Below, piece by piece: positions 9,530 through 19,372 of a stretch of 64,000 nt of DNA. The notes under the pieces are model-generated. The model was not told where the DNA came from. It ran no database searches and saw only the letters and a program-made list of their open reading frames with translations. Position numbers and translations under genes: made by a program. This DNA comes from Candidatus Velthaea sp. (GTDB lineage: Bacteria > Vulcanimicrobiota > Vulcanimicrobiia > Vulcanimicrobiales > Vulcanimicrobiaceae). The stretch is taken from contig CBDCCS010000010.1 in the NCBI GenBank assembly GCA_965214935.1, forward strand, positions 160,001 through 224,000, written 5' to 3'. How positions within the stretch are numbered: the stretch's first letter is position 1; every line of letters begins with the position of its first letter.

Positions 9530-10278
9530 ATACGGCGCAAGACTTCGGCCTTTTTTGCCGCAAACTCTTCGTCGGTCAAAATACCGTTGCTGCGCAATTC
9601 CGCGAGCTTTTCAATTGCGGAGAACGGGTCCGCCGGTGGAGTCGCACGTTGAGCCGGACGAGGTGATTGCGCAACCGGCTTGGCAAATATACCGGGAACG
9701 ACGGGTAATGCGGCAAGGTCGACGACACCAACGCCGGTCGAAAATGTGAGCGACGTGTCCGTCGTGTTTGCCTGCGCGACGCCGCTGATTCGATGTTCGA
9801 GCGTGTCGTACAACGTCACGCACCCATCTTCATCGACGGCAAGCCGGCGCGCCGCTGCAAAATAGGCGTAACGCCGTCCGTTCTGCGCACCCGAACTATC
9901 GGGCGCTCCAAACTCCGGCGGCCACCACGGCTGCGCGGCTCTGCGCTCGTTCGGACCGGCATGCTCCGGGATGCCCGCGACCGGCCCAGCCGCGGCTGTC
10001 GCGTTCGTAACCTCGCCCGCTGCCAGCGCCTGCGCCAAATCGCCGCACAAGCCGGCGACACGCGCTTTCAAGCTTGAATCAAACGTGTCTCCGACCATCG
10101 TCATGCCGCCGTGCATCCATTGACCGGCGCCCCCGAAGTCGGGATTATCGAATTGCGCCATGCGCCCGTTGCCGCGCGCGACCGATGCACACATCGACGC
10201 GACGCCCGGGGTCGAGAAGCCGTAACGGCCGGCGAGCGTGTCGAAGAACTGCCGGTCGCGATCGTCAATCGATGCCAT
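9526..10278 (-). CDS. SHOCT domain-containing protein
   Basis: C-terminal IEKLAELRSNGILTDEEFAAKKAEVL; N-terminal MAQF..P.FGG.GQWM.GGMTMV; start taken at MASIDD. Confidence 0.8.
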   Translation of the reverse strand: MASIDDRDRQFFDTLAGRYGFSTPGVASMCASVARGNGRMAQFDNPDFGGAGQWMHGGMTMVGDTFDSSLKARVAGLCGDLAQALAAGEVTNATAAAGPVAGIPEHAGPNERRAAQPWWPPEFGAPDSSGAQNGRRYAYFAAARRLAVDEDGCVTLYDTLEHRISGVAQANTTDTSLTFSTGVGVVDLAALPVVPGIFAKPVAQSPRPAQRATPPADPFSAIEKLAELRSNGILTDEEFAAKKAEVLRRI

Positions 10279-10336
10279 ACGCACCAGCGTTACCCTTTGA
10301 GGACCGTCAGCGACCTGCAAAGATACTTCAAGTCAA

Positions 10337-11470
10337 TCAAGCCGTGGCAAAGCGGAGCGGCGAGAGAAAGCCGATGTCGTGGGCGGTACCGCCGGCAGAT
10401 AGTAAGTCGGCAATCACTTCGCCGACGGCCGCTGCGAACTTGAATCCGTGACCCGAAAAACCACCGGCGATGACGATGCGTTCGTCGCCCGGATGCCGAC
10501 CGATCACGAAGTGCTCGTCCGGCGTGAGCGTATACAGACAGACTTTACCGCCCAGGTAGCGCTGCGTCGCGCCGGGTATCCAGTCTTCGAGCGCGGCGCG
10601 CACCGGCTCGACGTCTGCGCAGTGCACCGTTCGATCGACCGCCGCGGCATGCGTTACGGCGCCGAAGGTATGAAACGCCGCTTTGACGCCGTCGCCGAGA
10701 TCGGGGAAACCGTACATAAGCGACGGCCACTCGGGCCGGCTTATGAGAAACGTAGGAATCTCGGCCGGGCCGTAGTCTGCCGCTGCCGGGGCAAACCAGT
10801 GGGCGACGCGCCGTTCAACCACGAGCGGGATGCCGATTTCGCGCGCGACGTCTTCAAACCATGGGCCCATGCAGATCGCCAGTCGCCGCCCGCGATGAAC
10901 GCTGCCGTCACCGGCAACGACGTTCAAGCCGCCGTCGGCGCCGGCTTCCCAGCGTGCGACTATGGTGTTAAAGCACAACTCGGCGCCGGCCGCTTCGGCG
11001 ACGCGCAGGTGCGCCTCGATCGCGGCTTCCGGTATCACCAGACCCGCCTCGCGCTCGAGAATCGCCTCTTCGCCGGCGCGCGGTGCAAGCCGCGGGAACC
11101 GGCAGTGTATCTCAGCCGCTGTAAGCTCCTCGATTGGAATGCCGTGCAGCCGGGCACTCGTGCGCGCATTGCACAGGGCCGGATCGCCGGCGGTACCGGC
11201 CAGCAATACGCCCGTATCGCGCACGATGTCCAAGCCCGTTACACGTTCCAACTTCTTCCACAAATCGGACGCGCGCTGGACGAGCGGAACGTAGGCCGGG
11301 TGTTCGAAGTACGCTTTGCGAATAATGCGCGAACGGCCGCCCGACGACCCCAAATCGTGCACGCGACCGAACTGTTCGATGCCCAAAACGCGCAAGCCGC
11401 GTTGCGCGGCGTGCGCCGCGGCGGCACTGCCCATCGCACCCAGACCGACGATGATTACGTCGTACGTCAC
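10337..11470 (-). CDS. solA: Monomeric sarcosine oxidase / N-methyl-L-tryptophan oxidase family flavoprotein
   Basis: VGLGAMG, GSSGGRSRIIR, CLYT (covalent FAD Cys), GFSGHGFKF; GTG start in a GTGA overlap with the SBP stop. Confidence 0.88.
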   Translation of the reverse strand: MTYDVIIVGLGAMGSAAAAHAAQRGLRVLGIEQFGRVHDLGSSGGRSRIIRKAYFEHPAYVPLVQRASDLWKKLERVTGLDIVRDTGVLLAGTAGDPALCNARTSARLHGIPIEELTAAEIHCRFPRLAPRAGEEAILEREAGLVIPEAAIEAHLRVAEAAGAELCFNTIVARWEAGADGGLNVVAGDGSVHRGRRLAICMGPWFEDVAREIGIPLVVERRVAHWFAPAAADYGPAEIPTFLISRPEWPSLMYGFPDLGDGVKAAFHTFGAVTHAAAVDRTVHCADVEPVRAALEDWIPGATQRYLGGKVCLYTLTPDEHFVIGRHPGDERIVIAGGFSGHGFKFAAAVGEVIADLLSAGGTAHDIGFLSPLRFATA

Positions 11471-13098
11471 GAGCGCACGCCGTGCCAGCGCTCGATCGCG
11501 GCAACCGGCCACGTTTGACGCGTGTCGCACCCGACGAACGTCGTACGGCACACGTCGACCCGCGTGTATTGCCAGAGCGCAAGAATCGGGACGTCGACCA
11601 ACAATCGCCGCTGCATGAGCGTGAAGTCGCGCTGCAGTCCGGCCACATCGAAGCGGCGCAGCGAATCACGATACCAGCGGTCCATATCCGGATCGCAGTA
11701 CGCGCCGTAGTTACCGGAGATGCGCGGCGCATCGCAGGTGAAAAACCACGCCGGATAATAGGCCGGCAAGGCGTAGAACGAGGTGAAAAACATCTCGAAA
11801 TTACCGCGCGCGATCGGCCCGCTTTCTCCGTCGAAAAGCGCACCGAGATCGAACGTCTTTACTGCTACGTCGATGCCGACGGCGTGCAGTTGCTGCTGCA
11901 CGACGATGTCGACGGTCTGCGAAACGAAGTCCGTACTCGAAATGATCCGCAGGGTCAATTTTACGCCGTCTTTCCGGCGTACGCCGTCCGGCCCGGCGCG
12001 CCAGCCGGCGCCGTCGAGCAGGCGCCCCGCTGCGGCCGAATCGTTCGCCGGCGGCGTAATTTGCGGATCGTAAAAAGCGTTGAAAATACCTTTGACCGCC
12101 GTCCTTGCGTCGACCGCGCCGCGCGTCGCGCCATTGGCTAAAAACTGTCGGTTGATGCTTAGCGCGATCGCCCGCCGCACGGCCGGATCGGCGGTGATCG
12201 CATTACGCATGTTGAAAGCGATGAAGTTGTAGCCGGCCGTCGGCGTCTTGTACGTTGCTTGATTCGAAAGTTTGGAAACGGTCGTGTAATAGTTGACCGG
12301 AACGTTGAGCAGTGCATCGAGTCCGCCGCTGCGGAACTCATTGAACGCCGTTTCCCACTCGTTAAAACGAACGAGCAGGCGTCGCACATGCGGCACGCCT
12401 TTGAAGTAGTATGGATTCGCTTCGAGCGTCACATGATCGCCGCGCACCCACTCGACGAGCCGGTACGGTCCGGAACCAATCGGCGCACCGTTGAATGCAG
12501 CATGATTGAGACTGCCCGGACCGTCCGGAAAGCCATGCGCCGGTACGATCGGCAATGCCCACGCCGAAGCGAAAAACGTTGACGTTACTTGTGAATTCGG
12601 CGCTTTGAGCGCGACGTGAAAACTATAGCGGTCGATCGGCGTCACGCTGCGCACGTCATCGAAGGGCGCAGGCAGTGAAACATTATTACGCGGATCTTTC
12701 ATTGCCGCAAACGTAAATGCAACGTCGGCCGCGGTGAGCGGGCGGCCGTCGTGCCAGCGCACGTTGCGTCGCAAGTGATAGGTCAAACTCATGCCGTCGC
12801 GCGCGATCCCGCCGTTTTGCAGCGTCGGCACTTCGGTAATGAGATCCGGACCGGTGTTGCCGTCGGTATCGACGCGGGTGAGAAATGAGAAAAGGAAATC
12901 CGGTTCCAGGCCGCCCGGCCCGCTCGAAAGCAACGGATTGAGCGTCGGAGGCTGACCGTGAACGCTCACGATTAACTGCTCGATGTCGATCCCCGTCCGG
13001 CCGGTGCCGCGCGTTACCGCCGGTCCGCAGGCAGCCACAACGAGCATCGCAACGAGGGCGGCGGCGCGCATACCGGACGCAAAGCGCTGCGACGTCAT
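11467..13098 (-). CDS. Peptide/nickel ABC substrate-binding lipoprotein (SBP family 5)
   Basis: Lipobox VAAC; YHLRRNVRWHDGRPLTAADVAFT, PIGSGPY, VRRAIALSINR. Confidence 0.92.
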   Translation of the reverse strand: MTSQRFASGMRAAALVAMLVVAACGPAVTRGTGRTGIDIEQLIVSVHGQPPTLNPLLSSGPGGLEPDFLFSFLTRVDTDGNTGPDLITEVPTLQNGGIARDGMSLTYHLRRNVRWHDGRPLTAADVAFTFAAMKDPRNNVSLPAPFDDVRSVTPIDRYSFHVALKAPNSQVTSTFFASAWALPIVPAHGFPDGPGSLNHAAFNGAPIGSGPYRLVEWVRGDHVTLEANPYYFKGVPHVRRLLVRFNEWETAFNEFRSGGLDALLNVPVNYYTTVSKLSNQATYKTPTAGYNFIAFNMRNAITADPAVRRAIALSINRQFLANGATRGAVDARTAVKGIFNAFYDPQITPPANDSAAAGRLLDGAGWRAGPDGVRRKDGVKLTLRIISSTDFVSQTVDIVVQQQLHAVGIDVAVKTFDLGALFDGESGPIARGNFEMFFTSFYALPAYYPAWFFTCDAPRISGNYGAYCDPDMDRWYRDSLRRFDVAGLQRDFTLMQRRLLVDVPILALWQYTRVDVCRTTFVGCDTRQTWPVAAIERWHGVRS

Positions 13099-13143
13099 TG
13101 TCGCACGCTCGGCGGCGCCTTCAACCTTACACGCGTCGTCCGA

Positions 13144-15987
13144 TCAATGGGTCGATCCGGTCGCGTATTGGAATTTGAGCCGCACGGTCTCGGGGCCGTA
13201 CGAGTATGATTCCGTCGCACCCAGCAGATGATTGGCGAGCGGTACGGGGACGCCCCCGACGCAGTTGGCGAGATAGCCGTTTGCATGCGCGCCACCGAGA
13301 TTTTCACCCGATAACTGCAGTGTCGTGCGCGACGATAGCCGCGCGCGAACCGTCGCGCCGAGCACCACGAACGCCGGCACGCTGTACGAATTATTGTTGC
13401 CGTAATACGTCAGCCCGAGCCGGTAAAACACTCCACCGGTGCGGTAATTGAGTTCGCCGTAGCCTTGCGCATACGGCACGCGTCCGAACAGCATGCCGTT
13501 ATAACCTAAACCGGTCGGCTGGAAATTCACGTTCGGGATGACGCCCAGATTCTGGGTGAACGCACCCGATACCGTGTCGTAAAAGCCGGCCGGCAAGTTG
13601 TACACGTAGGCCCGGATGAGCGCACCGTCGAGGGCAAAACCAAGTCCTCGCTGCGGATCGCGCCGAACGCTCAATTCGAGCCCTTCGTAGCGCGACGTCC
13701 CGAGGTTGGTCGAGGCCACTCCGTAGAGCGGCAAGTTCAGCGCCGCCGGGAGACCGCAGCACAGGCCGGTATAGCTACCCGTAAGCGTCTCGGTTTGTAA
13801 GAACTGATTGTGCAAATTGGTCAAGTACACGTCAGCCGATGCGGTGATCCCATGACCGAACCGTTTGTCGGCGCCCAAGTCGTATCCGAAACCGGTCTCC
13901 GGTTTGATGTCCGGACTGTTCTGCGTCACCGTCCAATACGTCGGTAAACCGTTATTGTTGGGCACCGGCGGTGCTTGCGCGGTCGATACGAGCTGCAGGT
14001 ACGGTGGTGCAATCGACGACCCGGCACCGAAGCGCAGCGATGTATTTCGATCCGGCTGCCAGGTCAAACCGAGCCGCGCACCCTCGAAGGCATGCGTGTG
14101 ATCCGCAAACGTCAACCCTGAATCTTGCGTGCTGTGATTGGTATACAAAAAATAATAGTCGCTCAAGGTCGCGTTGATGCGCGGCGTGAGCGCAAGTTGC
14201 GCGCGACCCTGCAGCGTCGATTCGGTCTGCGACGAACCCGACGGCACATACAGCGCGTTTCCAAAGCCGGCGATGCCGCCGAAATACGACGCCGTCTTCG
14301 AGGCGTTGTACGCCAGGCTGAAAATAGATTCGTGAACCGGGTGGTCGAGCTCGAAGGAGTAACCGCCGACTTTGTCCATCCGATCGTACGTGTAAAGCGT
14401 TCCGGGCGCCGTCACGGTTGCCGTCTGCCCGTTGAAATTCGTTAACGTGCCCGGTGCGTCGCCGAGCAGAACCGAGCCGTACAGCGGGACGGAATACGTC
14501 GTCGTGCCGTTTTCGCCGCCGTCGAAAAGCAGATCGTGCACCGAGCCGCTAAAGCCTTGAAACAAAAGCGTGTTCGTCCCGAGTGCACTGCGTACTTCGG
14601 CTTGCCATAAGTTGCTTGAATTACGATCGAGAAATTGGGGGAACTGATCGTTCTGGCAACACGAGACATCCTGGCCCGACGTAAACGGGCCGACGGCCGC
14701 CGACGCCGACGAAAACGTCGTCGGATAAGCATAGTTTTCAAGGCCGTTGAGATCGGTCTGCGTTTGGCTGCCGAGATATGACAGCGTCACCGAGGTCTGC
14801 TCGGAGAAATTGACGCGCACCTTCGCGAGCTCCGAGCGGAGCTGGAAGTCGCTGTTGACCGGAACGCAGCAGCCCGCGAGCGTTGCGACGTTGGAGTTCG
14901 ATTGGTAGATCGCCGGATTACCCGCGACTTGCGTGAACGGTGAGGTTACGATCGGCTGACCGTTGATCGTCGTTGCATACAGCGGCGCGACGGGCTCGGC
15001 ATGATTGCGATACGCGCCGGGCGAGCCGGTCGAGTTGTAGTTCAGTGCGTAGCCGATCTTACCGGCCGTTCCGGTTGCTTGAAGATTGATGAAACTGCCG
15101 ACTTCATTATCGAGACCGTAGTCGATGGAACGCTGAGATTTCGCCGTCGGTTCGAGCGTACGCAAATTCAGTGTCCCGCCGATCGCGTTGTTGATGACCG
15201 GCACGGCCGATCCCGGACCCTTGACCACTTCGACGCTTTGCAAAACGTACGGGCTCAAGTAGGCGAGGTTGTACGTTCCCGTGCTGCCCACGACGATCGG
15301 GTGACCGTCGATGAGCACCGAGTTTTCATACGGCAACGCGCCGCGAATGGACGGCACGCCGAATGCGTTACCGGGGTTGGCCGTCGTGACTTGGGCATCG
15401 TAATTCGTATAACTCGTGGTGACGCCGGGAATCTCGCTGAGCACGGCCGGCAGTTGCAATTGGCCTTGATCGATGAACGTCTGTGCGCTCAGCGTCGCGA
15501 TGGAGGCGCTCGACGTATTGATCGATCCGCCGCCGGCACGCGATCCGCTTACCCGGCCGATCTCACGCAGCGATGAGAACGACGCAGCCGGAAGGAGAAT
15601 CGTCGCAAGCGTCGGCTGACCGGCGAGAATCGTAACGTCGTCGCGCGAAACCGAGCTGAAACCGGGCTTCGAGATGAACAAGGTATAGAGACCGGGCGGC
15701 ACTGCCGCAAAGCGAAAATGTCCGGCAGCGTCGCTCGTCGCGACGGCACTTCGCCGGCCCGAAAGGCGGATTTGCGCGCCGCCGATTGCAATCTGTCGCT
15801 CGTCGACGATCGAGCCTTGTAAACCGCCGGCAGTCGCTTCGGATGCCGGTCCCGCCGGCACGTTCGCGCCCGCCGGCAACGTCGCAGGCGGCACGGGCGT
15901 TTGCGCGACCGTTTGCAGCGTCGTAAGGTCAAGCGTCAGAAGACAAGCGATCATCGCCGTCCAGACGCGCCGGCCGAACGTACTCAT
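13144..15987 (-). CDS. TonB-dependent outer membrane receptor with N-terminal carboxypeptidase-regulatory-like domain
   Basis: Signal peptide; GHFRFAAVPPGLYTL; plug motifs IPGV, SIRG, LIDGHP, VEVVKGPG, IGGTLNLRT; barrel motif IKPETGFGYDLG. Confidence 0.88.
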   Translation of the reverse strand: MSTFGRRVWTAMIACLLTLDLTTLQTVAQTPVPPATLPAGANVPAGPASEATAGGLQGSIVDERQIAIGGAQIRLSGRRSAVATSDAAGHFRFAAVPPGLYTLFISKPGFSSVSRDDVTILAGQPTLATILLPAASFSSLREIGRVSGSRAGGGSINTSSASIATLSAQTFIDQGQLQLPAVLSEIPGVTTSYTNYDAQVTTANPGNAFGVPSIRGALPYENSVLIDGHPIVVGSTGTYNLAYLSPYVLQSVEVVKGPGSAVPVINNAIGGTLNLRTLEPTAKSQRSIDYGLDNEVGSFINLQATGTAGKIGYALNYNSTGSPGAYRNHAEPVAPLYATTINGQPIVTSPFTQVAGNPAIYQSNSNVATLAGCCVPVNSDFQLRSELAKVRVNFSEQTSVTLSYLGSQTQTDLNGLENYAYPTTFSSASAAVGPFTSGQDVSCCQNDQFPQFLDRNSSNLWQAEVRSALGTNTLLFQGFSGSVHDLLFDGGENGTTTYSVPLYGSVLLGDAPGTLTNFNGQTATVTAPGTLYTYDRMDKVGGYSFELDHPVHESIFSLAYNASKTASYFGGIAGFGNALYVPSGSSQTESTLQGRAQLALTPRINATLSDYYFLYTNHSTQDSGLTFADHTHAFEGARLGLTWQPDRNTSLRFGAGSSIAPPYLQLVSTAQAPPVPNNNGLPTYWTVTQNSPDIKPETGFGYDLGADKRFGHGITASADVYLTNLHNQFLQTETLTGSYTGLCCGLPAALNLPLYGVASTNLGTSRYEGLELSVRRDPQRGLGFALDGALIRAYVYNLPAGFYDTVSGAFTQNLGVIPNVNFQPTGLGYNGMLFGRVPYAQGYGELNYRTGGVFYRLGLTYYGNNNSYSVPAFVVLGATVRARLSSRTTLQLSGENLGGAHANGYLANCVGGVPVPLANHLLGATESYSYGPETVRLKFQYATGSTH

Positions 15988-16604
15988 TCGTTCCCTTGCA
16001 CGCGATTGAGCCGCGCGAGATCGGCATCGAGTAAAGCCAGCGCATCACCCGTTCGCAAAGCCGTGCAGAATTCGCCGTGCAGACTTGCGACGGTTACGGC
16101 GTGGATTGTATCGGGCTCGTAAGCAACTCCGTCGAAGCCTAAGCGATTCGTACACGCACACGCATCATCCACAAGGTACGTGTCGAAGGCAAGGTTGTTG
16201 GCCATTCGCACCGTCGTCGAGATACACATATTGGTGAAAAAGCCGGCCACGACGAGCCGGTTAACCTGACGGCGGCGTAACAAGATGTCGAGCGCCGTTC
16301 CGATGAACGCGCTGTTTACGTCTTTGCGAATGACCGTCTCGTCGGCTAGCGGCGCGAAATCCGCTTTGATTGCTCCCCCGCGAACGGCCAACTTGAGCGG
16401 CGAGGCTGCTTCGCGCGAATCGTGGGTCGTAAAATAAACCGGCAGCCGCCGCTCGCGCCATGCTCCGAGCAGCTCGCTAATGCGTGTCTCGGCGTGCGGA
16501 TTGTTGCGCCGGCCGTTCGGACCACCCCAGTGTTCGAGCTCATCGACACCGTTTTGACAATCGATGAGTAAGAGCGCCGTGTCGTGCGTGAAACGCGAGA
16601 TCAT
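15984..16604 (-). CDS. Cysteine hydrolase (isochorismatase-like family)
   Basis: ALLLIDCQ (Asp), RKDVNSAF (Lys), GFFTNMC (Cys) catalytic triad; ATGA overlap with the receptor. Confidence 0.9.
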   Translation of the reverse strand: MISRFTHDTALLLIDCQNGVDELEHWGGPNGRRNNPHAETRISELLGAWRERRLPVYFTTHDSREAASPLKLAVRGGAIKADFAPLADETVIRKDVNSAFIGTALDILLRRRQVNRLVVAGFFTNMCISTTVRMANNLAFDTYLVDDACACTNRLGFDGVAYEPDTIHAVTVASLHGEFCTALRTGDALALLDADLARLNRVQGNE

Positions 16605-16743
16605 TCGTCGTTATCGATTCTTCCCGCACGAACGTACGTCCGCGCATGAGCGGGTCGAAGTTTAAACCGAACGTCGAATTTCCTTTCGCGTTTCGGCCGG
16701 CTGCGCAACGCGCTGCGGCGAAGCGGGGCGCGCGCAATCGCGC

Positions 16744-19185
16744 TTGAACAGACGTGGCGTGGTCGTCAACGGTTTATTCGCTTTGCCCGGAGCGCGACGT
16801 CAATTCGGCGCAAGCCGGGTCGTCGACGTCACACATATCGAGCTGCTGTTGCGACCCGATCTTATCGACAGACGGCTGGACGCAACGTGCACGACGACGG
16901 TGAAATCAATCGATGTACGGATTTCGGCCGTGGAACTTGATGCGCTCGACATGCAGATCGATGCAGTTACGGACGCTCGCGGCGAACTGCACTTCGAGCG
17001 GCGCGCCGGCAAGCTCCTAATCGCACTGCGGACACCGCTCGATGCCGGCGAAATAACCTGGTTTCGCATTGCTTATCGCGTCGAGCAGCCGCGCCGCGGC
17101 TTATTTTTCAGCGCTCCGGATGCGCTTGCCCAGAGCGATCAATGCTGGACGCACGGTCACGCCGGAAACGCACGCTACTGGTTGCCGTGCTTCGACGATC
17201 CGTACCAGCGAGCGACGACGACGACGACGATCGAAGCGCCGTACGGGCTGTTTGCACTTGCAAACGGTCAGCTTGTCGAACGGACCGACGACCGCGAACG
17301 CGCTCTGAGCGTTTACCGCTACGAGCAGACGAAACCGCATGCGATGTATTTACTTACGATGACCGTCGGAACGTTTGCCGAAATCGATTGCGACGGCGGC
17401 CGGTTGCCGGTGCGTGCATACGTGCCGCCCGAGCGCATCGACGACGGACTGCGTACGTTCGGCAAAACGCCGGCCATGATTCGCGCGCTCGAAGCGTTCG
17501 CCGGGATCGCGTATCCGTATGCTTGTTATTCGCAAATCGCGGTGCGCGATTTTGTTTACATCGGCATGGAAAATACGACCGCGATCAGCTTCATGGACGA
17601 CTGGCTGCGCAGCGCCCGAACCTTGGCCAGCCCGGCGGTCGAGGCACTCGTCGTGCATGAGTTGGCGCATCAGTGGTTCGGCAATTTACTCGCCACTTGC
17701 GAGTGGACCGACGTATGGCTCAACGAAGGCTTCGCCACGTATTGCGAAGCGATTTGGGATGAAGACGATAAAGGCTGGCCCGACTATTGCTACGCTATAT
17801 ACCGTCACGTTCGAACGTACATCGACGAGACGCACAAGCGTTACGAACGGCCGATCGTCACCGAGCATTACCGCGATCCGATCGATCTGTTTGATAAGCA
17901 TGTTTATGAAAAAGCCGGCGTTGTCTTGCACATGCTGCGTGGCGAACTCGGCGACGAAAGATTTTTCCGGTCGGTCGCGCGCTACGTTCGCGACAACGCC
18001 GGCGAGCGGGTCGAAACACTTGATTTCGTGCGTGCAATCCAGCGTGAAACCGGCTGCAACTTGCGCGCTTTCTTCGATCAATGGCTGCGCCGCAGCGGAC
18101 ATCCGCGTCTGACGATCGCGGTCAGCTTCGACGCTCAGCACAACCGGCTTGCGATTCGCTGCAAGCAATCGCCCGCGGCTGACCCGCCGTTTGCCTTCAC
18201 GCTCAACGTCGGCATGCTCGACCGTCTGCCGGATATTGCCGAGCCGGCCGGCGCGCAGCCGCTGCCGGGTGAGAGCCGCGTCGCGATTGCCGTCGACGGC
18301 GCCGATGTCGTTCACACATTCAACGTCGACGCGGCGCCGGCGCTGATCCGCATCGATCCGGGCGCTTTTATTTTGGCCGAGCTGACGCTCGAAGTCGGTA
18401 TTGAGTTTGCGTGTGCGGCGTTGGCGCACGATCCCGATCCGGTGGCTCGCATTCGCGCGGCTCTGCAGCTTGCCGACGACGGGTCGTCACAAGCGTGCGA
18501 TGCACTTGCAAGCGCTCTTGCGACCGATCCGTTTTGGGGCACGCGCGTTGAGATCGCCAAGATGCTCGGCGATTTGTCCCGACCCGGCGCTTGCGCTGCA
18601 CTGCGCAACGCGCTCGGCGACGCGGATGCAAACGTTCGGCGTTCGGTCTGCGAGGCGCTTGGCAGCGCGCGCGATCGGCTCGCAATTGAACCGCTACGCA
18701 TGCTCGTCGACAGCGAACCCGCCGTCGAAGTGATCGGGGCGGCACTCCGTGCGCTCGGGCGTATGCGCGATCCGGCTCTCACGCCGGTGCTCGACGGTTA
18801 CATTCACGGAACGAGCTGGTGCGACACGATCGCCGGCGGTGCGCTGCTGGGCATCGCTGAACTCGGCGGAGCGAATGCGCGTGCAACGCTTCTTGAATCG
18901 CTGGGCTCGCCCGCCGCCGCTCGGCGGCAATCCGCGATTCGCGCTCTCGCGGTGTTAGCGCTCGAACGGCCCGAAGACCGCAGCCTCATCGTCCGGCGGC
19001 TCAGCGAGACGCTCGCCGATCGCGATGCGACCACGCGCTTACGCGCCGTGCATGCGCTGCTTGAAATCGACGAACCGACGGCCATCCCAGCGCTCGAACA
19101 GCTTGCCGTGCGCGAGCCGGTCGGGTGGATTCGCAGTCATGCCGATTACGCTGCAGCGCGTATCGGCAAACCGACTAGCGTATAA
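16744..19185 (+). CDS. M1 family aminopeptidase with C-terminal HEAT repeats
   Basis: GMEN, HELAHQWFG...WLNEGFATY, YEKAG; HEAT-like repeats in the C-terminal third. Confidence 0.92.
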   Translation: MNRRGVVVNGLFALPGARRQFGASRVVDVTHIELLLRPDLIDRRLDATCTTTVKSIDVRISAVELDALDMQIDAVTDARGELHFERRAGKLLIALRTPLDAGEITWFRIAYRVEQPRRGLFFSAPDALAQSDQCWTHGHAGNARYWLPCFDDPYQRATTTTTIEAPYGLFALANGQLVERTDDRERALSVYRYEQTKPHAMYLLTMTVGTFAEIDCDGGRLPVRAYVPPERIDDGLRTFGKTPAMIRALEAFAGIAYPYACYSQIAVRDFVYIGMENTTAISFMDDWLRSARTLASPAVEALVVHELAHQWFGNLLATCEWTDVWLNEGFATYCEAIWDEDDKGWPDYCYAIYRHVRTYIDETHKRYERPIVTEHYRDPIDLFDKHVYEKAGVVLHMLRGELGDERFFRSVARYVRDNAGERVETLDFVRAIQRETGCNLRAFFDQWLRRSGHPRLTIAVSFDAQHNRLAIRCKQSPAADPPFAFTLNVGMLDRLPDIAEPAGAQPLPGESRVAIAVDGADVVHTFNVDAAPALIRIDPGAFILAELTLEVGIEFACAALAHDPDPVARIRAALQLADDGSSQACDALASALATDPFWGTRVEIAKMLGDLSRPGACAALRNALGDADANVRRSVCEALGSARDRLAIEPLRMLVDSEPAVEVIGAALRALGRMRDPALTPVLDGYIHGTSWCDTIAGGALLGIAELGGANARATLLESLGSPAAARRQSAIRALAVLALERPEDRSLIVRRLSETLADRDATTRLRAVHALLEIDEPTAIPALEQLAVREPVGWIRSHADYAAARIGKPTSV

Positions 19186-19285
19186 TCGTGCACCTGAACG
19201 GCGGCGCAACGGAGCGCTCACCGCGCTTGGTTCAGTTAATTTATGAGCCGAGCGAGCGGTCCGCTTCGCTTGATTTGAACCGCGC

Positions 19286-19312
19286 TAAGCTTCGACCCGG
19301 CCAAGCCGATAT
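19286..19312 (+). promoter_or_regulatory. Sigma28 (FliA/SigD/WhiG)-type promoter
   Basis: TAAG-N15-GCCGATAT, close to the TAAA-N15-GCCGATAA/T consensus, 60 bp upstream of the EAL gene. Confidence 0.6.
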
Positions 19313-19372
19313 AAACGTCACAGCTCGCGCCGTTCGTGCAGTCGTGCTGTTGCCTCGAGGTGTTCGTCGGTC

